64,000 nt of DNA from contig NZGE01000033.1 of the NCBI GenBank assembly GCA_002689455.1, positions 16,926 to 80,925 on the forward strand. The letters run 5' to 3'. The notes under the pieces were generated by a model. The model saw only the letters and a list, made by a program, of their open reading frames with translations. It did no database searches and was not told where the DNA came from. Shown here in pieces: positions 38,671 to 47,688 of this stretch. A program made the translations under genes and the position numbers. The stretch comes from Magnetococcales bacterium. Its GTDB lineage: Bacteria > Pseudomonadota > Alphaproteobacteria > UBA2136. Each line of letters starts with the position of its first letter. Position 1 is the stretch's first letter.

Positions 38671-40497
38671 TTAGTACAGCCTTTTCACCTGCAATAACAC
38701 GATAAACTCTACGTTTTCGTAACTAATGTCCTCATCGTTTAATAGCTTACCTGCCATAGGGATGTTACGCATTAGTGGCACGCCTGATTCCTTATCAATT
38801 GCAATCGTACGTGTTAAACCACCAATAACTTTCACTTCCCCATCTCTAATTCTTACCTTCTGGTCAATCACACGTGTGGTGACAACCGGAACTTCAGAAC
38901 CTGAACCGTCTGGAACTGTTACAAAACGGTCAATCTCTGTCATTGGAACCTGTACACTTAATGTATGAGGCTCACCTTCATCTGCGACTTGTGCTGTGAC
39001 AGCAAACTGAATACCCACAAATTGTGTTTTTTCTTCCGCTGTTGTATCTGTAATAGTTCCCGAGTCTGTTGTTTCTCGCTCTGTTGTGACAAGGAAATAC
39101 TTTTCATTACGGCCATCGACCATAACAGCCATCTGACGGTCCATAACTTCCATCATAGGCTGCATAAGCTGATAAGTTGTGCCAAAGCTTTCTGCAAATG
39201 ATACAGCAGCTCGTAAATCACCACCAGTATAATTAAACAAGCCATTGTTCGTTCCATCTACAGCTGAAGGGTCAGATGAAAGTAAAGATGAAATAGCACT
39301 TACAATACTTACGTTTTCACCTTCAAAGCCTGCAGTATAAGTATCACCTTCGTTACGTGAAACTGCTGTATATGCACCTTGTCTAAACCCATGGTTTTTA
39401 GAAACCGCCAATACACGAGCTTCAACCATCAATCGGCGGCTTGCAATATCTTTCACATGACGAATAATTTCGTCAGCTGAATTTAAAACAGTGTACGGTG
39501 CGCGCATTTGAACCATACCAATAGTTCGGTTAATGCGCACATACCCACATTCAAAAGAACCACTATTAGAACTTGCAGCAGGAGCACCACCTTCACCTGC
39601 CGGCAAGAGAGAAGCTACATCCGCTACATTATTTTGCATTTCTTCACATGATTTTTCAACCAAAGCACTCAAATCTTCTTCCAAATCATCCCACAAGTTA
39701 CGATTGTTAGAAACTGTAATACTTCCCTGCCCACCAGATGATGAGTTACCAGAATCGCTTTCTCCGCTAAAGGAAGATGCGTAAGTTACACTTTGATTTT
39801 GTTGCCTTTCAGGCTCTTGAAGGTCAAGAATCCACTGTCTTTGAGGGAACCCACCAATTGTGTAGTGTGTTCCATTGTTCACCAAAGACATACCGTGCGG
39901 TGTTAGCACCGCATCAAAGGCATCTAAACATGTAATATCTTTAAAGGATGTTGTTACAAGTGTTGTTGCAAGCTGCTGCTTGTTTTCTGTAATCACCATA
40001 TTGTAATCACACAATTTCGCCAAACCACGTACCACCTGTGAAAGGCTAACGTTTAAACCTGGAGAAAAGGAGTCGATACGCTTTTCATCTAAAGAAGGAA
40101 GCACTAATATACGACGCTCACCTTCACGAACAATCTGCACACCGTACACATCTTCAACATAGTTTCTTGCTTCATCAAAAGTTAATTCATTAATAACAAT
40201 GCTTTTTGTTGTTTCTTGACGAACATCATCACTGTAGCGCACAGCCAAGTTGTAAACATGCGCCATACGTGAAAGCAACGAACTTAAAGCGTAAGTACCT
40301 TGCGCTTTAAAAGTTGCATTTGCCTGCATTTGACGCTTAGAAACAGGCTCACCCACACCAATAACTGCGGAGCCAGATTCTTTATAGTCTTTAAAACCTT
40401 CTGCTGGAGAGTTGTTTTGGAGGTATGAAGCATCACTACATGCTACCAAACCTGCTGTTGCACCTGCCAGTAAAAGATTTGTAAACAGTTTATTCAT
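38671..40497 (-). CDS. Lipoprotein secretin (TcpC/BfpB/R64-PilN-like)
   Basis: 608 aa. Lipobox LLLAGATAGLVAC. C-terminal secretin domain ending ...GVPLMRNIPMAGKLL...FIVLLQVKRLY. Confidence 0.75.
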   Translation of the reverse strand: MNKLFTNLLLAGATAGLVACSDASYLQNNSPAEGFKDYKESGSAVIGVGEPVSKRQMQANATFKAQGTYALSSLLSRMAHVYNLAVRYSDDVRQETTKSIVINELTFDEARNYVEDVYGVQIVREGERRILVLPSLDEKRIDSFSPGLNVSLSQVVRGLAKLCDYNMVITENKQQLATTLVTTSFKDITCLDAFDAVLTPHGMSLVNNGTHYTIGGFPQRQWILDLQEPERQQNQSVTYASSFSGESDSGNSSSGGQGSITVSNNRNLWDDLEEDLSALVEKSCEEMQNNVADVASLLPAGEGGAPAASSNSGSFECGYVRINRTIGMVQMRAPYTVLNSADEIIRHVKDIASRRLMVEARVLAVSKNHGFRQGAYTAVSRNEGDTYTAGFEGENVSIVSAISSLLSSDPSAVDGTNNGLFNYTGGDLRAAVSFAESFGTTYQLMQPMMEVMDRQMAVMVDGRNEKYFLVTTERETTDSGTITDTTAEEKTQFVGIQFAVTAQVADEGEPHTLSVQVPMTEIDRFVTVPDGSGSEVPVVTTRVIDQKVRIRDGEVKVIGGLTRTIAIDKESGVPLMRNIPMAGKLLNDEDISYENVEFIVLLQVKRLY

Positions 40498-41684
40498 TAT
40501 TGACCAACTCCTTCAAATCCGAAGCGGTTATTGTGTGTTACCACAATTAGTTTACCACCTGGGAAAATTTCATATTTAAGGTTAAACAGTCTCAACAATC
40601 TCTCTAAAGCAATTGCAAATGGCTCTTCAATGTGTGCTGGTTTTAGAACTTGGTCCAAACCTGCGTACACACGCAATCTCCATTCACCTTTACCTGCTTG
40701 GTTTACAATGTTTTCTAGTGCGTCTACCAATGGCACTTCATCATAGTGCAAGGAAACCATTGTTTCTTTTAATACGTTTTCAGTAACAGCTACTTCATCT
40801 AAGTCACCCACACCGACTGAAGATGTCATACCTGATAGACGGTGCCCACCTGTGCGGTCTGTAATTACAAGGCGTTGTGTGTTGTCGTAACGAATCACAC
40901 GAAGTGGCTGACCACTACGTGTTTGAATACGTGCCACAAGTGCGTTTAAAACATTCATAAACGGCTCTTCAGTGTAGATAGAAATTTCCATTTCAGGAAG
41001 CGCTGCGTTTTGTTCAGCCATATCCCATACAACTGTCCACTCACCGCCACCAATTTGGTCCATCATACGCTGAATGGCACGGCGCACGCTGATGCGGTCT
41101 TCACGCAAGCGCACAAGAGAATTTGTCATATCAAGGGTGCGTTGCTGAACAGTACCTTGAGCAATTTCCACACCTTCACCACTACGCACCATTTGCGGTG
41201 ATGTCATTTGTGTGCCAGAACCCATTTCGTAACCTTGTTCCATGCCATTATAAGCGTTTTGAACAGCGCCTTGGCTTGAAGCCACACGGTTCAAGTCACT
41301 TTCGTAACCTACATGGCCGTTTGAAATTCTGTTTAATTCACGTTCGAATGAATCTGCTGAATTGTATGCTTGTGCAACCGAGTAAGAACCTTCAGGGAAA
41401 TCTGAAGTGTAGCTATCTGCTCCGGCTTTTTGGAAGTTCATAAGTTCAGCTTCTGTTTTAAGACGGTGCTGGGCATGACTTGGGACAAACACGCCACGTG
41501 AATCGTCTGCATAGTCAGGGGCTTGAGCCACTGTCATTGGAGGAACATAACCAGGAACTGGTTGCGCTAAACTCTCGTTATACGCTGTCGCGCCTAACAA
41601 AGAAATTGCCAAAAACATCTTAAAAGATGTGACATTTACATAATTTTTCAATACATTCTTCTTATACATAGTTCTTATCACCAA
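40497..41684 (-). CDS. Secreted protein with tandem TcpQ-like domains (pilotin/PilL-TcpQ-class secretin partner)
   Basis: 395 aa with a signal peptide. Two C-terminal repeats (GGGEWTVVWDM...LRVIRYDNTQRLVITDR and GKGEWRLRVYA...FPGGKLIVVTHN). They match the C-termini of the two coiled-coil lipoproteins. The stop overlaps the secretin start. Confidence 0.45.
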   Translation of the reverse strand: MVIRTMYKKNVLKNYVNVTSFKMFLAISLLGATAYNESLAQPVPGYVPPMTVAQAPDYADDSRGVFVPSHAQHRLKTEAELMNFQKAGADSYTSDFPEGSYSVAQAYNSADSFERELNRISNGHVGYESDLNRVASSQGAVQNAYNGMEQGYEMGSGTQMTSPQMVRSGEGVEIAQGTVQQRTLDMTNSLVRLREDRISVRRAIQRMMDQIGGGEWTVVWDMAEQNAALPEMEISIYTEEPFMNVLNALVARIQTRSGQPLRVIRYDNTQRLVITDRTGGHRLSGMTSSVGVGDLDEVAVTENVLKETMVSLHYDEVPLVDALENIVNQAGKGEWRLRVYAGLDQVLKPAHIEEPFAIALERLLRLFNLKYEIFPGGKLIVVTHNNRFGFEGVGQ

Positions 41685-41781
41685 TAGCTACGGTTGATTT
41701 GCAAGGGAAGATTACCATAGTATATAAGACGATGTTAATACCAGCTAACCATAATAAAGAAGAAGGTGTTGTAAAAAAACC
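41685..41781. promoter_or_regulatory. Divergent promoter region for the pilus operon (leftward) and the 461-aa gene (rightward)
   Basis: 97-bp AT-rich gap between divergent starts. Confidence 0.35.
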
Positions 41782-43167
41782 ATGTATGATCCTCGGTTCA
41801 GATTCACTCTTTTAATCGTCCTTTTGGCCTTTGTAACCATTACAGCCACCCTTATATATTACTTCTTTTATAAAGGGCTAAACTGGGGTCAATACTTCCA
41901 CGGTGTTGTAAACATTGGTGGGTCTGCTATTGGTGGTTTTATGTTCGTTTTAGTATGTACCAAATTTATCACTTTCAACAAAAATAAAAAAACGGGGTTC
42001 GAAGCCAGCTATGTAGATGAAACAGGAACCGGGTTTAATTTTCCCGTTTCTTTAAGCAAGTTTTTACCAGAACTCGTAGCACCTCCTATATCAAATAAAA
42101 ACCTAAGCCACCTTGAAGCAGAGCTGATTGGTTTTTTAAATGGTTTCCGCAATTGGCCTTATGACATTACAGGCAACAACCCTAAAAGTTTATACGACCA
42201 CGCAATTGAGCAGTGGAAGGCCATGCGCAGCTTACCTAATACTGGGCCATTACATTATGCGGCAGCCCTAGCGCAGGATCTTTCATTAATTTATGCTTAT
42301 CAGGAAAAACGCAAAAAGTTCCCACTTTCACAATTTTGGAAACGTGATATCGTTAAGTTCAGCCGTAAAAGCGTTGAGCATGGCGGGTTAAGCGCAACCA
42401 TTCTATCGACAATTCCAGCCTTTAAAGAACTGGGGGACGACTTAAAAACAAACCAAAAATACCGCCGTGCGATTTTAACAGCCATTCGCTACCGCGATAA
42501 CCCAACCAGCATTCCTGTAAATTGCGACCCTTTAGGGAAGGACATTTATGAATCCCTTCACAAGGCATACCAAAAATCACTGGAACGACCTGAAAACAAG
42601 GGCTTCCAACCAGAAGAATCACAAATTAAAATGTTTAACCATGAAATTTATTCATTTTATCAAGGGGTTTTAAAAGAACTTGAAATTAACCCTGCAAATG
42701 TAACAAAAGACAGTGATGGTGTTTACTTAGGAAATGGTATGCTTATGGTGTCATTCACCAACATTGTTAAAAGGTATGCCAAACTCCTTACACCTACATC
42801 ACGCGGTAACTTTAACTTATGGGATACCCCAACCGATGTTCATCCGTCATGGCCTTATTTCATCCAGGCATTTCGTGACATTGGCGCTTACCAAGAAACA
42901 TGGGATGACATTGATCCGAACAAAACAGGCACATTTAACCTAAAAGCCAACAACATTGCATTCCCACACGCTGTGTTCTTTAATATTGAACGTGAAAAGT
43001 TCCCTGAACTGCGCCAAACACTGGATACTTACCCACAATGGCAAGGTCATATTGAAATGCAAAAGAACGAAGAAACGCTGTTACAAGAAGTTCAAAGCAA
43101 AGCTAAAAAAGTCGACCAAATGATTAAAACAGTTTATAGCCGACCAACTGTAGGCAACAGTGCATAA
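41782..43167 (+). CDS. Hypothetical membrane protein (461 aa)
   Basis: Two N-terminal transmembrane segments, then a soluble domain. Confidence 0.35.
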   Translation: MYDPRFRFTLLIVLLAFVTITATLIYYFFYKGLNWGQYFHGVVNIGGSAIGGFMFVLVCTKFITFNKNKKTGFEASYVDETGTGFNFPVSLSKFLPELVAPPISNKNLSHLEAELIGFLNGFRNWPYDITGNNPKSLYDHAIEQWKAMRSLPNTGPLHYAAALAQDLSLIYAYQEKRKKFPLSQFWKRDIVKFSRKSVEHGGLSATILSTIPAFKELGDDLKTNQKYRRAILTAIRYRDNPTSIPVNCDPLGKDIYESLHKAYQKSLERPENKGFQPEESQIKMFNHEIYSFYQGVLKELEINPANVTKDSDGVYLGNGMLMVSFTNIVKRYAKLLTPTSRGNFNLWDTPTDVHPSWPYFIQAFRDIGAYQETWDDIDPNKTGTFNLKANNIAFPHAVFFNIEREKFPELRQTLDTYPQWQGHIEMQKNEETLLQEVQSKAKKVDQMIKTVYSRPTVGNSA

Positions 43168-43430
43168 ACAGTTTTTTATTTTATACCAAATCATTATGCT
43201 AATATCCGCCGTGCAAATGGATTGCATTTTAATAAGTTTGAATCTTGGTTAAAGGCCAAAGTTGAACACTTTATGACATCAAAGTGTCTTGGACTTTCAA
43301 TATCTTTTACTTGCACACAGAGCTACTTTTAATTCCCAACCTTTTACTAACCTCTTTACAAGAGGTTTTTACATACAACACAAACAGCAAAAAGGCGCCC
43401 AAGGCGCCTTTTAAACACTTGTTACATCCA

Positions 43431-43751
43431 CTAACGGCTAATGCCGCCTTCACGTGCTTTCATACGCACGCCAGCTTCTGTACCTTCTCCCAAGTCTTCA
43501 TTTAAAATAAATGTCGCAAAGAAGTAGTAGCAACCACCATCAAGTTTTTTCTTAACTGTGACTGTCCACTTTGGTGTAAACCCTGTTAAACCTGTTGTAA
43601 TCTTCATAAGATACTTCGTAGAAAGCGTTACAGGACGACAAGCTTCAACATACTTATCTTCCCCTTCTGCTTTCATGACAGCACCTACCCACCATGCAAC
43701 AAATAAAACAGAAATAAATAACAATACTGTTTTACCGAAATCCATACTCAT
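43431..43751 (-). CDS. Small hypothetical membrane protein
   Basis: 106 aa with one transmembrane segment. A hairpin terminator (aaggcgcc-caa-ggcgcctt, 43392-43410) lies just downstream. Confidence 0.3.
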   Translation of the reverse strand: MSMDFGKTVLLFISVLFVAWWVGAVMKAEGEDKYVEACRPVTLSTKYLMKITTGLTGFTPKWTVTVKKKLDGGCYYFFATFILNEDLGEGTEAGVRMKAREGGISR

Positions 43752-43864
43752 TTATCTCCCCAAAATTTCAATTCTTAAAAAGAATGCCCCAAAGCCCTAT
43801 GTGAATCAAAAGATAAACAGGAAAACTTCAGGGATTCTTTTAAATTATAAAACCAGTGCGTGAC

Positions 43865-44359
43865 TTAAAAGCCATCCACTTGGTCAGCTACTTCAGCCTT
43901 TTGAGGCTTCGCAGCAGGCTCAGCCGGTGCTGATGTTTCTGCAGCGGCTTCTTTAGCAGCAGGTTTTTCAGCTGCTGGCTTTGGTGCTTTTTTCTTACGC
44001 TCAGCAATGTCATAACGCTGTGCAATACGTGAAATGAAGTTCGAGCCTGTTAAGTCAATGTTATGACGCTCAATACATTCTTTAAGCTTTTCCGCCATTG
44101 CGGCTACGCTTTCACTAAAATCTTTTTGAGTTTGTTCAAAATCTTCACGGCTGTTTTTAGCAATGTAACCACGTGTTTGGCGGTCAGCTACTACAAGAAC
44201 ATGTTCCCATAAACGGGCGAAGTTAATCATGTCTGTACCTTCTGGTGTTGTACGAATTACAACTTCAGCAAAGTTACCGTGACGTTCTAATTGCGATTTT
44301 TGATTGTCCAATCGCGCTTGATATTGACTTTTTGCTTTAGTCTTAGCTTCTGTAGTCAT
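43865..44359 (-). CDS. Hypothetical protein with a histone H1-like Lys/Ala/Pro-rich C-terminal tail (putative DNA-binding)
   Basis: 164 aa. C-terminus KKKAPKPAAEKPAAKEAAAETSAPAEPAAKPQK. Confidence 0.35.
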   Translation of the reverse strand: MTTEAKTKAKSQYQARLDNQKSQLERHGNFAEVVIRTTPEGTDMINFARLWEHVLVVADRQTRGYIAKNSREDFEQTQKDFSESVAAMAEKLKECIERHNIDLTGSNFISRIAQRYDIAERKKKAPKPAAEKPAAKEAAAETSAPAEPAAKPQKAEVADQVDGF

Positions 44360-44573
44360 TATTACATCCTTTTAGTTTTGTAAGTTTAAGTTTTTATCAG
44401 TCACCACTTATTGTTGGCGAATACAGTTTAAAATTTGCCCCCATTGCAATTTTGAAAGGACAATTTAAAATTTAAGAGCCGAAATTTATATTTCAACCCC
44501 AAGACCTAAAATCATACACTTTTTAGATAAAGATGCAACAAATTGCCAAATTCAGTGCAAATAAGGCACAAAA

Positions 44574-44600
44574 AAAACACCTCCGCAGAGGTGTTTTTAT
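44574..44600 (-). terminator. Rho-independent terminator after the 315-aa lipoprotein gene
   Basis: Hairpin aacacctc-cgca-gaggtgtt, followed on the minus strand by a T-run. Confidence 0.5.
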
Positions 44601-44612
44601 TTCCCACAGTTA

Positions 44613-45560
44613 TTACTGCGTTACGATAATTTCAATTGTATCGCCATCCATATGCTTTGCTGGCATGGAAGCAATTGGCACATTATCAACCTTCGTTACT
44701 TTTGAAAGATACTTGCTTACCGCTCTTACACGTTCGCGAAATTCTTTTGAAGAAGGGCGTGCACCACGGGCATAAATTGCCACAGGTTTTTCACCTGCAA
44801 GTGCACGCACAATTTCACGCGATGAAATAAGTTGCTCTCGTGCAGGCCATACTTTGCCGTTTTCGTATTCAATTGTCCAAATAGAAACTGAACCTTCAGC
44901 AGAATCGGCTTGTTTTCCACCTTCATCTGCAAGGCTTGGCATGTTACCAAACCCACCCATACTGCGTGAAACTGGTGCCGTTGCCTGAGATGCAGTTTTG
45001 CGTGCCACACCTAATGAAGATGTAATACGGTTATCTTGATAAGCCACTGGCTGGTATGTTGCACCAGCAGAGTTTGTTACAGGACGTGCGTAAGGCTGTT
45101 TAACAGCTGGCAACCTTGCTGGAGAAGTTCCACCTTCAGGGTAAGACATTGGCTGGAATGTACCTTGGTTTGGCGCTTGCTGTGTTTCACCCTGCATAAC
45201 ACCGTTTGTCATGCGTGAAAGTTCATTACGCTCAATCAGCTGCATACGACGGTCTAAACGAATCATGGCACGTTCAACACGACGTACACGTTCTGTAAGG
45301 TTGTTCATTTTACCAACCACTTCATCGTTTGCACTTGTTGAAACATACATTGGCTGTTGCTGAACAGGTTGTTGCATCACCTGCTGTTGATTATATGAAG
45401 AAGCCGGCGCGGAAGACGCTGGTTGGAAATAAGGGCTTTGACCCGCTGGCGTGTCATAGTTTGGTCTCATTTGCAAATTTTGACAACCTGTAACAGCCAC
45501 AGAAATCAACGCTAAGCAAGTTATTTTCTTCATTTCAACATACCTGTTTTTATTTTTCAA
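44613..45560 (-). CDS. Gln-rich lipoprotein (hypothetical)
   Basis: 315 aa with a lipobox (AVTGC). The N-terminal Q/P-rich segment includes a coiled coil. Confidence 0.35.
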   Translation of the reverse strand: MKNKNRYVEMKKITCLALISVAVTGCQNLQMRPNYDTPAGQSPYFQPASSAPASSYNQQQVMQQPVQQQPMYVSTSANDEVVGKMNNLTERVRRVERAMIRLDRRMQLIERNELSRMTNGVMQGETQQAPNQGTFQPMSYPEGGTSPARLPAVKQPYARPVTNSAGATYQPVAYQDNRITSSLGVARKTASQATAPVSRSMGGFGNMPSLADEGGKQADSAEGSVSIWTIEYENGKVWPAREQLISSREIVRALAGEKPVAIYARGARPSSKEFRERVRAVSKYLSKVTKVDNVPIASMPAKHMDGDTIEIIVTQ

Positions 45561-45640
45561 TTAACTAATAAGTTAAATATAAATTACAAGCTAAAGGCTG
45601 TAAAATCAAGCAATAAATCCAAAAAATATAACAGGTTGAA

Positions 45641-45919
45641 TTAAATACGAGAAATGAAGAAGTCTCGCACTGTTGCAAAAACAATATTAAACACTCGGCC
45701 AATGCTTCGAATCACAAACCAAATACCTAAACCAGTGAATAAAAAGAACTTGTATGTATAGTCAAGCGTGCCATGGAAAATGTCGCTTGCCATGTCCAAA
45801 AGCTTACCTTCTTTAACCTTTGCCCAAAAGGCAAGAACAGCCATAACCAGTAAAAACATTAGAAATATTTTAAGGCCAGGCTCAATGTAATTCACATATA
45901 AACGCGCAAACTCTTCCAT
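45641..45919 (-). CDS. Small membrane protein
   Basis: 92 aa with two transmembrane segments. Lies immediately downstream of the coupling-protein ATPase gene. Confidence 0.3.
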   Translation of the reverse strand: MEEFARLYVNYIEPGLKIFLMFLLVMAVLAFWAKVKEGKLLDMASDIFHGTLDYTYKFFLFTGLGIWFVIRSIGRVFNIVFATVRDFFISRI

Positions 45920-45939
45920 TTTTCCCTCGTTTTACTAAT

Positions 45940-47361
45940 TTATCCCTCATTAGAGAATGTATGGTATTTTGAAGCAATGTCAAGACCTTGCTTATCTGGC
46001 ATACGAAATCTTGGAAAATCTAGCTCTTTATTGTCATTGTTAAAACTTAAAAGAGGTACTTGAATTTTAACCACACTGTTACGGCCAATATAAATCGCTT
46101 CACCATCTTTTAATGTCCGAAAATCTTCAGGACGTACGATTTTATCGTAACCATAACTAATAGACTTACCAAAACCACGCCCACGACCACCCGCACGCAA
46201 AGCAGATGAATCGTCATCACCCGAAGCAAAGCTCAATGATTCGCTAAAACTTTCAGAAACGCTTTTTTGTAAGGACTCACCTGCAATTTGGCTCATCACT
46301 TCGCATGATTCACTTTCTTGCAATAGGAATGAAATTTTATTCCATGTGTTACCAAAAATTTTCGCTGCAAAGTCATCGCTTAAACCACGTTCTTTATCTT
46401 TTAAAGATGAATAGGTTTGAATAAACGGGAACATACAAATGTTAGATGAACGTGCCTGCTCAAAAACAGGTGCCAAGGACGCCTGTGCATACGATGAAAA
46501 CTCATCCATCAACACAAGAAACGTTGGTGAAGGTTTATAGTCATCATTTTGAACCTGACCAATGGCTGTTCGAATATCCGACACCAAGAATTTCGCAAAA
46601 TCCACCGCAATCTCACTTTTAGAAAGCATAGGCAATGACACATAAACAAGTAAGTTGTTTTTAATTGCGTCATAAATATCAAGTTCGGGGTTATATTCGT
46701 TTAAAACTTTACCCGCTTCGTTTACATAGTACGAGTGCAACCGTGAAGCCAAGTCACCAAAGGTGTGTTGCATTTTCTTTTCGTTGATAATTTGTTGCCC
46801 CGTACGGCGATCAACCTCCATCATCTGATCAAGGAAAATCTTAAAGTCGCGGTATTCTTTGGTTTCCTTTGGGCCATTTTTAAGCATCCATCGCATTGCC
46901 GACTCATTGGACATCAACACATTTAAATCACCAAAGTTAAATGGCAACCCAAAAGCCGTGAGCATACCCGCAATAGCACGCATACCACGTGCGGCCTGTC
47001 CTCTAAAATAAGGGTCACCTTTATTACCATCTAAAAGCTGCATAATTCGGCTGGTTATTTCATCGTTATCACCACGCAACAGTGGGTTATAGGTGTTTGA
47101 AATAGATGCATCGGAAATGTTAATAATACGTACATCTTGCCAGCGGTCATGCTGCCTAGCAAGGTTTAAAAACTTTAAAATTTCTTCACGGTTGGCTTTA
47201 CCATCAATGTGAATAGCACCACCACCACTCATCATCTGCTGCTTTAAAATAAGGTTCAAGAAGTTGGACTTACCACCACCCGTTGCAGCAATACCTAAGC
47301 AGTGCCTTGTCATTAGGTTCGAGGAAATATTTAAGCTTTCAAATTTTGAGTTATCGCTCAT
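45940..47361 (-). CDS. traD: Type IV coupling protein-like ATPase domain (TraD/VirD4 class) lacking its own membrane anchor
   Basis: 473 aa. Walker A GIAATGGGKS and Walker B FLVLMDEF. The start ATG overlaps the stop of the upstream 2-TM ORF (ATGA). Confidence 0.45.
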   Translation of the reverse strand: MSDNSKFESLNISSNLMTRHCLGIAATGGGKSNFLNLILKQQMMSGGGAIHIDGKANREEILKFLNLARQHDRWQDVRIINISDASISNTYNPLLRGDNDEITSRIMQLLDGNKGDPYFRGQAARGMRAIAGMLTAFGLPFNFGDLNVLMSNESAMRWMLKNGPKETKEYRDFKIFLDQMMEVDRRTGQQIINEKKMQHTFGDLASRLHSYYVNEAGKVLNEYNPELDIYDAIKNNLLVYVSLPMLSKSEIAVDFAKFLVSDIRTAIGQVQNDDYKPSPTFLVLMDEFSSYAQASLAPVFEQARSSNICMFPFIQTYSSLKDKERGLSDDFAAKIFGNTWNKISFLLQESESCEVMSQIAGESLQKSVSESFSESLSFASGDDDSSALRAGGRGRGFGKSISYGYDKIVRPEDFRTLKDGEAIYIGRNSVVKIQVPLLSFNNDNKELDFPRFRMPDKQGLDIASKYHTFSNEG

Positions 47362-47687
47362 TTTTTAGATTCCCCATCCCACTGTAAAACATCAAGAACC
47401 TTACCAAAATAGTATTCGTCGGGCATGCGGTTTTTGCGGTGTTTTGTATCTTTTCGGCGGGTAATCAAAAAGTAAGTCCACGCTTCTTTCGTAACCAAGC
47501 CACCAATTAATGCACCGCCTAAAAAACCAATCAGCGTGTTACGGTCAAGTGTCGCAGGTTTTCCAGCCCAAGGCATAAGCACCCACGTTGCAATAATAAT
47601 AATAAGCAAAGGTCGAACAAGCCAAATACTGCGCTCACGCGCAATCTTTTGCCAATCGAAGGAGCTATCTAACTGTTGTCCTGCCAA
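47358..47687 (-). CDS. Two-TM membrane protein, probable detached N-terminal anchor of the coupling protein
   Basis: 109 aa with two transmembrane helices. ATGA-coupled to the ATPase ORF. The combined 582 aa has T4CP-like topology. Confidence 0.4.
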   Translation of the reverse strand: MAGQQLDSSFDWQKIARERSIWLVRPLLIIIIATWVLMPWAGKPATLDRNTLIGFLGGALIGGLVTKEAWTYFLITRRKDTKHRKNRMPDEYYFGKVLDVLQWDGESKK

Positions 47688-47688
47688 A

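Noticed and set aside
41782-43167. The 461-aa plus-strand membrane protein as a possible relaxase (MOB-H/TraI-like)
   Set aside because: No HD or His-triad, Tyr-nickase or helicase motifs are visible. It has only N-terminal transmembrane segments. Left as a hypothetical.
44613-45560. The 315-aa Gln-rich lipoprotein as a fourth TcpQ-module protein or a second TraV
   Set aside because: Its C-terminus does not match the G-D/E-W…VITD motif when aligned by eye. It has no TraV-like Cys pair. It stays an unassigned lipoprotein.
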